DNA of 64,000 nucleotides. Source: Vitrella brassicaformis CCMP3155 (taxonomy: Eukaryota > Protista > Chromerida). The notes under the pieces are model-generated. The model was not told where the DNA came from. It did not search any database and worked only from the letters and a program-made list of their open reading frames with translations. The stretch covers positions 267,702-331,701 of the forward strand of contig CDMY01000571.1 in assembly GCA_001179505.1 (NCBI GenBank). The letters run 5' to 3'. Position 1 is the stretch's first letter. The number at the start of each line of letters is the position of its first letter. The translations under genes and the position numbers were made by a program. This document shows, one piece after another, positions 34,576 through 46,705 of the stretch.

Positions 34576-36112
34576 ATGAGTCAGTGTGCGGGTGCTGCCG
34601 GCACCGCGCGTCAGCGAGGGCTTTTGAGGAGTCAGGCTGGGATACGCCCTGGTGCTGGGGGAAAGGGTGGGGCGGCAGGGAGGGCGCGCAAACCGCCAGA
34701 AGGTTCCTCAGGAGGGCATTCCGGTGACGCCCATGTGGTGGAGGGGAGGCGGAACAAGTGCTGCATATGCCAGGAGGCGAGAGACGATACCGATAAGGTG
34801 CGTGAGACCAACTGATGCTGTGTTGAGGAGTCCCTGCATCCTTTGTCTTGTGTGCAGGGCATACTCTCCTGTGGGCATGAATTTTGCTTTGATTGCATTG
34901 CGCAAGTAAGCACAGACACTTAAGGGCAGAGAGAACCTGATCAATCCCGTAGCGCATGCATGAATGTGTCGGTGTCTTGTTTCCGTTTCCATTTCCAGGC
35001 TTTTATCGCTCGCACCAAGGCCGGCCATGCGTGCCAGTGCCCGCTCTGCCACCAGAGCAAAGTCAGCCCCATCGTCACGCGCGAGACTCTCGTCCGCACG
35101 ACGAGGTCCAGGAAGCGCAAGGCCCAGGACATCTCCGAGGAGGAGGGCGACCCTTCCTCATCGGAGGGGTATGCTGTGCGCGTCGAGGACAAGTTGTAAG
35201 CCGCATGCACGGAAAGAAAGGAGTCTTGCTCACACACAGCACTACTCATTGCATGCTGTCATGCTGTCTGTCTGTGGTATTGACCATCGATTGCAGCGAG
35301 GTCCGTGTGAATGAGGACGGCGTTGAGGAGGTGTGGCGGATCTCCAAACAGGACCTCTCACACAAGTATGTACACGCGGACGCACTCACCTGCAGACAGC
35401 GCACAGCACATCCCCGGTGTGTGTCCATCCATCTCTTTCTGTGCAGAGGTTTCAGAGGGCCGATGAAGGGCGGGGAGATGTGGCCGCCGGCCGATTTTGA
35501 TGTGGATCAGTTTATGGAGGTCATGTCGGACGCGGACATCGACTACGTCACTCGCAAGGCCGTGTCAGTGCACCACAAGTGGACGGAGGACTCTCAGATG
35601 AGAAAGTTTCGCCGACTGCAGACCGGTACAGAAGAGTGACGGCAGACACTCGGAGTAAACGACCCCTGCCCATCCCATCTTGTGTGTGTGTGCACGTGTG
35701 TAATGCTTCTCAGTTATGGATACGCTGACTGCGCAGAAGGAGTACTGTGAGGTGGAGAGGATCAAGGAGATGATCGACTGGCCAGGTAAACGACGCGGGG
35801 GATGTCCGCCATATCTCTGTCTCTGCCTCTCTCTCTGTGCATTGATCAACAGAGCCCGGCGTAGGGGCGTGGAACAGGACGCACCATCGTGGGCACATCG
35901 ACGGCGCGCTGACTCAGCAGTGGGTCCGCGAGGGCAAGCACAAGCACTTCCACAAAGATTTCTACGACCGCTCCCACTGGACAGCCTATCAGTTCATGGA
36001 CGCCGAGCTGCTATGCGACCAGCAGCAGACGCGCCGGCTGAAGCGCTCCACAAGGGACCTGCTCTACCAACACGATGTCAACTGTGTCCTCACCTCAGCC
36101 TGGCGACCATAG
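34576..36112 (+). CDS. RING-HC (C3HC4) zinc-finger protein, candidate E3 ligase
   Basis: Spliced CCIC-QEARDDTDKGILS-CGHEFCFDC-IAQAFIARTKAGHACQ-CPLC, followed by basic RSRKRK and an uncharacterised C-terminal half ending ...SAWRP*. Confidence 0.8.
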
Positions 36113-37695
36113 CCTGCCTGGTTGCCATGTCTCGCCGCTTCCTTCGTCGTCCATGTCTCGTTCATCCGCGTCTGTTTGATGTCTGTCGGCCTGCCTGGAC
36201 CCTCTCTCTCGTCTTTCTTCTGTTCCCTATCGTGGCTAGCTATCGGATCCCATCGATCGCAGCTCCAACCGTTCACCCATGCCCATCGCCCGCAGTCCCT
36301 CCCTCCCTCCATCTCGCCTCGCCCCTCCCCAGCCGCCCTGAGTCACCTCTGCCCAACCCAGCAAACGCGGCCAACAGTCGCTGAACCCTCCATCGTCTTA
36401 GATGGGCGCCCTTTCATCTATCGTCATCTGCTTATCACAAGGGCACCAGAGTGCTGGCTACGTACTGGCTGAGTCGACCTTTGCGGTGCGGCCGCCTGAC
36501 TGATCCACTCGTCTGTCTACGCCATCCCAATGGGCCGCCCGGACTTTGGCTGACGACGTCCACACCCCTCAGCGACTCGTCGCCGCAGCAGACCAAAACA
36601 AGCCATCCACCGCCCTCTATGTATCGATATGGATTGCCTGCTATCGTCTGTCCGGTGTTTGTGGTCCGTAGCCAGCACAGTGCCCCATTCAGAAGCCGGC
36701 CCCTTGCTTATGGCGTCGATCGTGCCCTACGTCTCTCGCTGCCAAGGCGAGCACAAAGCAGACATCAGAGGGCGAGCACTCGACGGCTGTTCTCAGAAGA
36801 TCCCTGTCGCGATCCAACCAACGCCCAAACCAACAGGGCAGCGGCGTCGATTCTTCATCAAGTCGGTCCAGAGGCGGCACATCCATCTGCGTCTCGTCCA
36901 TCCGCCTGACGGCAAGTCTTATGACGGCTCGCGACGTCCATCGACAGCCAAGCCGGCCCAGGCGCAGCAGGGCACAGCCGCCAAGCAATCCGTCTGAGGG
37001 CCCATGTGCGCGTGTGAAGCCGAGCGGCGTGTCGCGCCGAGGGCGTGTGATAGAGCATCTGCTCGGGGACCTCTTTTGGCTCTTCTTATGTCTCGTCTCA
37101 TCTGCTGACTGCATCCCCCCCACCCCCACCCCCGCAAGCAGCATGATGGTATGGCCCACCGGCTGAGAGACAAGAGAGGACTCGAGGGAGTGTCAGGGAA
37201 GGAGCCACCGAGTGGGATGCGCACGAGAGGGACGAGGGGGGCGGGCAGGGAGAAGTGGCGATAGTCGGACAAGTCATTTGCGGCAGATTGATAGCATTCA
37301 TCAGTGGTCTTGCTAGAGAGGCTGATAGGTTGCAGGTTGACGCGTACATGTATATGTGTGTGTATGACACAAACCCGATATGGTACCTTCGTGTGTGAAT
37401 GTATGAGATACATTGACGTGTGAAGGTGATCGATCAATCGTTCATGGCCACCGGCGTGAGGCTTTTGCATGTCATAAATGGCGTGGGTAGCCATGCAGGG
37501 TGGTGTCTCCGATGCTGTATGTGTACCCAGCTCATGAGAGAGTGACAAGCGTGTCCGCTGACTGATAAAACAGACCAGCCCCATTCACCCACCGACAAAG
37601 TGACTAACAGGTGTGGTTGAAAAAGTGACAAACCACTAAGAAAACACCACCATGCATCTATCTATCTATGTGTCTCCCTCGCCGCCACCCGCATC

Positions 37696-40600
37696 TCAAG
37701 AAGCGAGTATGCTGGCTACCTCGTGGTAGGCTCTCTTGGGCTTGTAGTCGCGCGTGAACAGCAGAGGGTGGTCGCCGCTGATCAACAGAAGCCAGCGACA
37801 CAATGCACGGTTGCGAGGTGAATGTTCAACGCTCGATTCATCCTCACCGCAGCCATGTCGCTCTGTCGGTGAAGCCCCACAGGACGAAGCCCACACAATT
37901 GGGCTCCTCCAGGCAAATCTTCAGCAGAGAGCCGTACACCATCGCCTGACAGACAGAGACACACCACAGGGGTGCAACGAATGTCCCCTCCCGTCTTGCT
38001 GTCAGTTCACCTGAATGTACTGTAACTCTGGGGTGAAGGTCGCGCACGGCGCCCACTTCCCGTCCTCCCAGGAGCCACAGGGCACATCAACTTCGGTGAA
38101 GCACACCTCCACACCTATTGCAGCATACCTGAATGGGCATTACCCACACATACACACACACTTTGGCTACAGAGTGGTGTGGGCCAATGTGGATTACCTC
38201 CGTATGTTCTCTCGGACGCCGTCAAAGTCAGCAAAGGCTGTGGTGATGTGCGTCTGGAATCCGACGCCATGCACAGTGAATGATCGCTGCAGAAGCCCCA
38301 ATATCATGCCGTAAACAGCAGCGCTCTGAGACAAGAAAGAGACGGACGGCAGATACGTGCGGTGCTCATTCATATGTCTCATCTTGCCTTTCTGCCTCGG
38401 CGCGAATGGGGTGTGGCTGTGAGGATACTGTAGTCGTTGTAGTACATGCGGGCCTTGTTTCCGGGCCGCGCCTTCTGCACCATGGCTGCTGTGCGGAAGG
38501 ATATCTCCACCCAATCTGGGACTTTCGACAGCCAGCTCTGCCGCCACTTGGGGTTGCTGACTGGATCTGCGGTGGGCTGATCATCATCCACAGCTGCAGA
38601 CAGACACACAGAAGGGGCCAAAGGGGTGTGCGGCGGCATGTCTCGTTCTTGCCTTCGTTGGCCACGTCAAAATGAAGCATGTGCGGCATGTCGATATAAT
38701 GCTCCATCACCCCCTCCACCTAATGGGCAAAGGATGATTGCAGAAAGTACCTTTCGATTGGCATGATGCGCTTCTTGCCTGCTTGATGATGATGTCTCGA
38801 AGTTCCTCCTTTTTGGTCTTGAAGATCCATCCAGGGACCCCGGAGTACCTGCGCACATGGAACGACAAAAAAAAAGTGGGCTCTTCTTTGTGCAGCGCCC
38901 TCTTATGTCTCACCAGACAGCAGCGTGGAATCGCATCATTTGCCCGTTGGTCTTGGCGAGGTCCGCCATCTTGTCGCAAGATGCGAAGTTAAACTTGGTG
39001 GCAGTGGGACGGATCCACGACATCTTGCACTCGTTCTCGGCAACTAACGAATTGAACCTGATGTGTAAGCAGGCAGATTAGAGGAGTAAGGGCATCACTT
39101 GTCGCTGGCTTACTCTCTCGCAAGGACGTCTCTGTAAGTTTGGCCACCGACGAACCAGTTTGAAGCGGCTGCACCGATGTAGAGCTTCTTCTTGTCAGCC
39201 AGTGCGCGCAATGAGCCTGCAGGAGAGTCCAGAGATACGCCATCGGAACGCTCTGTTTTGAGGTACCTGCCTCGCCCTGCACAGAGGGCGCTGCGAAGCC
39301 ACGCAGTCTGAAGTCGACTGAAGAAGTGGGTGCGTATACACGGCCTGATGATGACAAAACAGACAGAGTATGTGTGGACCAGCCACTTTGCTATCCGTCG
39401 GCTGGCTTACGGTCGAAATGGCAGGGCGGTCTCATGGTGTCTTCGCAGGTCTTGGTGAAGTCAGTGACGATCTTGTCTCCACAGCAGTTGGGCCGTCCGC
39501 CTGGACGATTCTCGCATCCGACGCCCCCACATGTGCCACAGTATGCCGGGCAACACGCATCATTGGCACTGCACAGACCATCCCATAATGGCAGCTTTGT
39601 GTAGTGTGTCTAATCATCTCCTTACGCGTCATATGTTCCGCCGAGCTGTCTGGTGCAGAAGGACGCGTGGCTCGTGACAGGGTATGTGAGAAGAAGGCTG
39701 GGAGTCAGGTTGCACGGCGCCGTGTGCAGCCCGCACTGACGATCTGTCTTCTTGATGGCGTTGGCGCAGCAGTTCTGAGGCCCAACTGACAAAAGAAACG
39801 AGGCCTGAGACATGGAGCAATCCATCCCTGTGCTTTACGTGGCAGTTTGTGGCATTCGGCGCCGCCGCATCGAGTGCATTCCTTCGGGCAGCACACAGGG
39901 CCGTTGTCGTTCCAGTAGCCGTTCACCTTGTCGCACAGAAAGTGGCCCTCACTCTCACTCAGCGGAGACATATCTGTGCAGACATTGTGGGGTATATGAT
40001 GGGGAATTTTTTGATGGTCTCACGTACCCTCAGCGCAGTACTTAGGCCCCGACACGACGGGCCCTGGCACAGCGGTCTTGCCGCCAGCTGCTGCGGCTCC
40101 CTTGAGAAGGCAGTTGGCGGGCGGCCAGGTGAATGCCTGCCAAGACCAAAAGTAGCACTCCGGCTCTGCCTGACAATGCCTCTGGCACTGCTGGGGAGAG
40201 ACACTCTGGGGCACTGCATAGATGTCGCTGCCTTTGTACTCGGTCCTCTCGTGAAAGCAACCTGGCGACACAAAATGGTGATGTGGCCATGTTTTCCGCG
40301 TCCTGTGTGTATTTGTGTGCTGACCAGCAGCTTGTCCGCATAGCAAGTCGCCCGATATGGTTGCTCCAGGAGACCACTTTCGCTCGCCAGGCATCCAAGA
40401 CTGCAACGCCATCCAGGGTCTGCTGAAAAGCTGTGTGCGCTTGGGTAACTTACCTTGAGGTAGCACTCATTTGTTTTCGTCTGAAAGGAGTAGAACTTGC
40501 ACATGGCCGTGCGGTGACAGGCCAGGTGACACATCTCGGCAGAGGAAACCTCAAGCGGCTTCGGCTGGAGGTCGTTGCCGGGGTAGTCAAAGTTTCCCTT

Positions 40601-42655
40601 CCAGCAGGCTGACAAAATGACCAAGAAGACAATGAGAGACATGCTGCGATCTGGATATTTCTCCTATGTGCACCTTCGGAGCACTGCCCAGGGCCGGACA
40701 CGGCATTGTGTTCCGTGTGGTAGAATGGGAATGTCCTGACGATGTCCGACTTGTACAGGAGGCACTGCAGTGGCCCCAACAGGTAGCTGAACCGGCGACA
40801 CTCAGAGTCCATCGCACACTCCTGAACGGAGACATTGTGAATACGCCCAGAATTAAATGCATGAATAGCTGTCCTCACCTGTTGGCACTCTGCGGCCGAG
40901 TGTATGCCTTTGATCTCTCTGATAAAGGGCCCCTCATATTTGGTGTAGGGCTCGTAGCAATCTGATGGAAGAGAGAGACAGAAACAGCGTCAGAGGCGTG
41001 TGAGAAAGAAACCTTCCATGGAATGTACCATATAGACATCTCTTTGGTCCAGAAATGGCACTGGTGTCATTTGTGCGACCAGTCATCGTCCGCATCAGCA
41101 CACAATCGCCCCTCGCCTTGAGATATGTGAAGAACTTGCAACCGCTGGAAGCGCTGCACAGCGCCTGGCATGCTGGTGCCGAACCGACGTTTGTTGATGT
41201 CGCCATTGTATCGCCCTTGTAGCTGTAGTCGTACTCCGCACAGTGGGGCACTTTCTGTGAGAAAAAGGACGGAGAGGAGTGCAAGCATGCCTGCTTGGAG
41301 TATGGAGCGCTTCCCTCACCTCGAAGGCCATGTCGCTTGTGATCGTCTGAATAGAAGACAGGCCTCGTAGCGGCAGAACACCGTACGCTTCAGCCCCCTA
41401 CGCGACACATATTGATTCGCTGCTCGTCTATATACAGGGCATTGCAGCTGGGCACTCTCACCGTGTTGTCTGTGAGCTTCAGTAAGTATCCCGGCCGCCA
41501 CTTGTTGTTGGGCCATGAAACCGAGGCAAGAGAGCTCACATTCACCTGACAGAGATAACGAGCCATGCAGCTCTCTCAGCTTTGAAAAGCTGTGTGTGTC
41601 ATACCGTGAACGCCCCGAGCTCCTTGTACGTGTCGACGAACGCCTTGCTGTCCTTGTGCCAGATGGACATCTTCACGATACCCACTGGGGAGTTGGACAC
41701 TTGCAGCTGACAGACACCAGGATACCGTGTCTCCTCGGTCTCACTGCGTGTTCTCCTTTATGTCTCTCACCGCCAGCCAGTAGGCCGTGCTATCGGCAGT
41801 GAATGTGAATTTGAGAGTCGTCCCCGTATGAGCGAGACCTCTGCAGACATTCGATTGCAATCGAACACATCATCGTCAGCAAGCGGTTTTCTCTGCATCC
41901 CTCCTTACAGCTCTCGCACGGTGGCGATATCAGAGGCGTTCTTGTCTGTTGCGTCCGCATCAGCCAGAGGAGAGACACTTGCGGCAGAGGGACACGGGAT
42001 TGCATGCCATCGTATCTGCGCAGAAGAGAGAAACAGGAAATATGCTTGAAGAATCAAGTGTCGTCCTTCGAACCTCTGCAGTGTCGTTGAGCCCCAGATT
42101 GGCATCCACTCGGAGGTCCCCATCAGCACATTCATGGCAGCTGCACACATGAACCATGCAATGTAATCCTTCAGCGAGCATCGTGTTTCTTGGTTGCTCA
42201 CAGGTCAACGACAAGGGCGCGGAATGTCTTGACAGGTAAGTGGCCGCCCGCAGCCGAGAGGAGCTCAACCTGTGCACAACAAATCACAGGAGCGAGGTAC
42301 AAGACGATGAATGACTCTGCATTCTCACCTCAAGGCAGGTGCCGCAGGCTTCGAGGCCACCATGGACATCAAAGAAAACGGGACTGGCAGCAGCAAGCGT
42401 GTCGATACCGTCACTTCCAGTGGCCGTCAGGGGAGAGCACATGCCTGGCCGGTCCTCACTGATGGTGAGATCTGGCAGTGCCCTCCCTGACACGAGCATC
42501 CACGAGCAATGAATGGGTGAAGAGCCAATGCATGCGCGCAAGGGCATCCAGGTGATATGCTTACCATGCAAGTTGTCCTCGTATCCATGTATTCCCGTGC
42601 ACAAGCTCACTACGGAGAGAAAAAGCGCCACAAACGTCGACATCCAAGGAGACAT
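37696..42655 (-). CDS. Secreted multimodular glycoside hydrolase: signal peptide, expansin-like DPBB, CBM63-like domain, 4 PAN/Apple domains, 2 Cys-rich modules, GH10
   Basis: Exons join in consistent phase from ATG 42655 into the GH10 domain. DPBB: TLAAASPVFF...ACGTCLEV...VVDLCHECADGDL...IRWHAIPC. CBM63-like: STAYWLALQVSNSPVGIVKMSI...LKLTDNTG. Four PAN units C...Y-x-G-x-D...CQ-x-x-C...C-x-x-F...C-x-L...SG(P/D)-x-x-C. GH10: EFNSLVAENECKM, RFHAAVW, FDVANE, YYNDY, GVGFQTH, FTEVD, WGFTD, KPKRAY. Confidence 0.9.
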
Positions 42656-42694
42656 TCAAGTTTACAACACAGAGAACGCGCATCCTACCCCCCC

Positions 42695-45051
42695 ATGACC
42701 ATGATGCTGCGCTTTTTGGCTTTTTTGGCGCTTGCGTTCATCGTGGCATGTGCGGGGGACGACGCTCCACCCACCAATGACGCCCCTCCCGCGGTTGATC
42801 TCGTTGAGGGGCTTGACCAACTCCAGGTGAGCAAACCATCCGCCGATGGGAGATGGGTGGACCTTTGTGACGGCTTATCCATCCCTTCGTTGGTGGTGTC
42901 TGATGGTCTGCTCAGGGACTGTCATTCACTAACGCCACGGAACCTGATGCACCGCTACGTGAGCTGAAGAGGGAGCAAGGGCCGCTTGGGGCTGGGCGGG
43001 GAGGGTGGGGCCATGAGATCTTTGCGTGTTCAGGGATGCTCAAGGCCAAGTCCTTCCGACATCTCTTCAAAAAAAGCAAAAAGAGCAACAAAAAAGGTGG
43101 GATAAGACCATTGGTGCCGTCAAGGCAGTCCACGCACCATGCTCTTTCTATGCGTCCTTGATGGGTTGCCGGTTGTGCAGGTACGCTTCGGTTCCTGGCT
43201 CAGAAGAAGAAGATCTACGTTGGTGCGGCCATCAACCAGGTACCATTCATGGGCTCACGCAGAGAGGCTAGCGAGGGGGCGGTCAGGCATGACATTTCTC
43301 GCTGGTTGATGATTTGCTGTCTGTGTTTGATGGGTGGGTTGATGGATGGATGGATGCAGTGGAACCTGAAGAAAGCGCAATACATGAACACAGTCGCCAG
43401 GGAATTTAGCATGATCGTTGCGGAGAACGAATGCAAAATGAACAATATAGTCACACCCAAAAGTACGCCAACCCGAACACACCGAAACACAGAGAATCAC
43501 CCCTGCAAGTGACTGTCTCCCTCTTTGTGCTCATCCATCAATTTGAACTGCATCACCGACATCAGAGCAGTACAACTACGGCACGTGTGACCGCATTCTC
43601 AACGTGGCCAAGAAGAACGGTCAGGAGATGCGCTTCCATGCCCTCGTCTGGTACAGGGCGGCCCCCAAGGTGCTGCAGGCGGAGTCGAAGGCCAAGGTTG
43701 CCGCCTCACTCAAGAAGTTCTGTACCACCGTCACCAAGCGCTACGTCGCCAAGGGCGTCAGATGGTTCGACGTCGTCAACGAGGGTCAGTTAGCAGTCAC
43801 CAGGAAGCCGACGGGTCGCTGATTGAGAAAGGTCATTGCTTCCCCCTTTTGTTTGTTGTCTGTCTCTTACATTCATCCATCCATTTGCCAGCGTTTGCTG
43901 ACAAGCAGCCGAAGAACAGCATCAACAAGCCCTCGTGGCGCAAGGCGTGGCCGTACACCAAGCTCCCCAACTGGGCCGAGGTCTCACTGCGGGCCGCCGC
44001 CAAAGGCGCCGGAAAGAAACGCAAACAGACACGGTAAGAAGTGTGACAACAGAGCAAAAAGCCACCCGTCCGTCAGTCACTTATGTGCGTGGTGCATGTC
44101 TGCACGTATGCAGTCTCATGTACAATGGTCAGCATGACCGAGAAGGGGAGAGATGGACGGAGAGAAAAAGAGGGTGAGCACATGTATATGACCATGTGTG
44201 TGCCTTTGTTGCGCAGACTACGGCATCGAGAGCATGAAGGGCTACATGAAGGGCAAGTCCGACGCCGTGTTTTGGATGGCCAAGACGTTCAAGAAGCGCA
44301 AGATCCCCCTCGACGGCATTGGCTTCCAGACTCACATCAACATGAATTTCAAGGACTTCGACGGCGTACGAAAGAACATACAGCGACTCGGTCAGCCACC
44401 ATCCGCAGCCACAAAGCCAACGGCCGAGCAGACCACAAATAGACGGGCATACGTCTCGTGTCTCGTTGTGTGCGTGCCTTTGCCTGCCTGGGTTTGTGCA
44501 GGCAAGTTGGGCTACGAGGTGCAGTTCACCGAGGTAAGTCATTGACCCGCCCTGTGTCGCATCATCGATTATCCTCCGAGCGTCGGTGTGTGTGTGTGTG
44601 TCTTTGTGTCTGTGTGTCAGGTTGACGTCTCGTGCGGTTTCTTCAACCCGGCGGGCAAGTGGATCAAGTGCAAGAAGTGGACAAAGGTCCAACAGAACAT
44701 GCAGGTACTGTACAACGGACAGTATTAAGCATCCAGCCACACAGACGGCAGGCAGGCAGGCAGCGGATGTCTGTCTCACTTCATTCGACCGATGACTGCA
44801 TGTGTGTCAGGCCAACATCTACAAGACCCTGATGCGCATCTGCCTGCAGTCGCCCAACTGCACCGCCTTCGTCATGTACGTATCTGATGCACCTGTGTAT
44901 GCTTATTGGTGTGATGTGTTTATGTCATTCATCGGTCAGGTGGGGCGTCACGGACTCTGTCACGTGGCTCAACAACGACCACCCCCACATATTCGACAGG
45001 AAGTACAAGAAGAAGCCCGCCTACCACGCACTCACAGCCGCACTCAAGTAG
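42695..45051 (+). CDS. Secreted GH10 endo-xylanase-like glycoside hydrolase, Lys-rich single catalytic domain
   Basis: Signal peptide MLRFLAFLALAFIVACA, then GTLRFLAQKKKIYVGAAINQ, EFSMIVAENECKM, RFHALVW, WFDVVNE, LMYNDY, DGIGFQTH, FTEVD, WGVTDSVTW, KKKPAY, and stop at 45051. Confidence 0.93.
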
Positions 45052-45828
45052 CACACAATACACACAACACACACACACACACACATCGACACACACACGG
45101 GGAGAATGATAGGGGCCTCGGCATGCGCACGACTCGATGCGCGAGCGGTGTTTTTGCAAAAGCGCACAGGCAGGTGTTTTCGATTTTTTGCGTGTCGTTG
45201 CGCATACAGACGGGTGAACGGTTTGATCGGTCTGTCTGAGGGGAGTGGGTGTGCATATGTCTGTGTGAAGCTTGTCCGATTGTTTATCACCTCTCCCTCC
45301 CTCCCTCCCTCTCTCTTTTGTGTGTGTCGCTGGGGCACTTTTTCCTCTCTGGATGGTGACAAGCCACACGCCGGGCGCCCTCTGGTGTTTTTCCAGTCGA
45401 CAAATGGATGGATGGATTGTGTGCGTGCGCAGCAGACGACCCCCTGTGTCCCCAGCCTCCCCTCTGCCTGCTTTTTTCTTTTCCTCCTGCGCGTATGGAT
45501 GGATGGATGTCTGCAATGCTTCACACGGACACAAACACGGGAACGAGGCAAACAGAACACATGAAAGGATCTGCAAACGGTCTGCGCTGAGGAATCGGTC
45601 CACGTCTGCACACACTGGCATGCACACACATCGAAGGGCACCACAATATCGACACACCCACGTTTCCCCTTCCCCCCTCCCTCCCTCTCCAGTCAGTTCT
45701 CTCCAGCCGGCCCGACCGCACCCCACACCCGACAGCGAGCCGGGTGGGGCATTTTCGTGGTTTCCGAGCCGCCCGTCACTCGACGACCGGAGGGAGCACG
45801 GAGGAGGACCCCTATGGTCTTCCCTTCG

Positions 45829-46338
45829 TCACTCTTGTGGTATACTCTGCAGCCGGATGGGGCCTTTGGCCTTCCGAGGCTCATCAACAACAGCGCCTGT
45901 CCCCCACAGCACACAAACAGATGTGGCCTTGGTCAGTGATCCGCCTGTGGCTGCAGTATGTACGTACCCTTCTGCAGTATGTGTATCCGTTTCTGGTCCA
46001 CTAGGCGGTATGCCGCTTGGCGAGTCACCTCCATCAGACCCCTCCAGTTGTCCACCAGGCCTTCAGCAGCCAGCTGACAGACGATACACACACCGACGTC
46101 ACGTTGCCAGCCGAGATGAGATGTCACTGAGTGAGTGCATCCCCTCCCCTCCCCGGATATGTACCTGCCTGGGTATCTCGCTTGGTCAGCAGGTCTTGCG
46201 AGGGCCGCGCTTCGTGACCAGATCCATCACTCTGGCCTCCAGAAAAGCATCGAGTTCAGGGCCCCTCGGCAACTCGCCGGAGGCGGGCGGCGCAGGGGGA
46301 GCCTCTTTACTCTTGGCCTTCTGCTTCGCCTTGGGCAT
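45829..46338 (-). CDS. Possible small hypothetical protein; frame unresolved
   Basis: MPKAKQKAKSKEAPPAPPASGELPRGPELDAFLEARVMDL... and exon-like LAAEGLVDNWRGLME. An early stop (…PRKTC*) prevents a clean gene model. Confidence 0.3.
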
Positions 46339-46705
46339 ATCTATCGGGCAAATGGATGGGGTGGGATGGGATGAATGGATCGGCTCTGTGTGCCACTGCA
46401 GCGCCACTGCCAGATCTCTGCTCAGATCCTTATCTGACAATACAGAAAGCGTATGCGAAGGCACAGGAGATTCATCCGGGTTGATTCATATGCGTTCTCG
46501 ACTTGGCGAGCTAATGCTTCGGTCCGTTGTAGCTCGCTCTCAAAGCACAACGGCTACACCCATCCTCACCGGCTCTCTCCCCTCTTGAAGTGTGGATTCT
46601 ATCGCATTATCGCATCTGTGAGTCAGACTTGACTGCCTATTCATCCCTTGTCTTGCTTCTCTTCTCTTGCCTGACTGACTGACACCGCTGCCACCACCAA
46701 CCACC

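Noticed and set aside
36200-37600. Several 100-220 aa ORFs between the RING gene and the GH10 gene
   Set aside because: They overlap on both strands with no consistent splice chain or motif. Treated as intergenic/UTR.
37696-45051. Bacterial contamination or a prokaryotic polysaccharide-utilisation operon as the source of the GH10/expansin genes
   Set aside because: Both genes have many spliceosomal introns with the same microsatellite style as their neighbours. Ancient HGT remains possible, but contamination does not.
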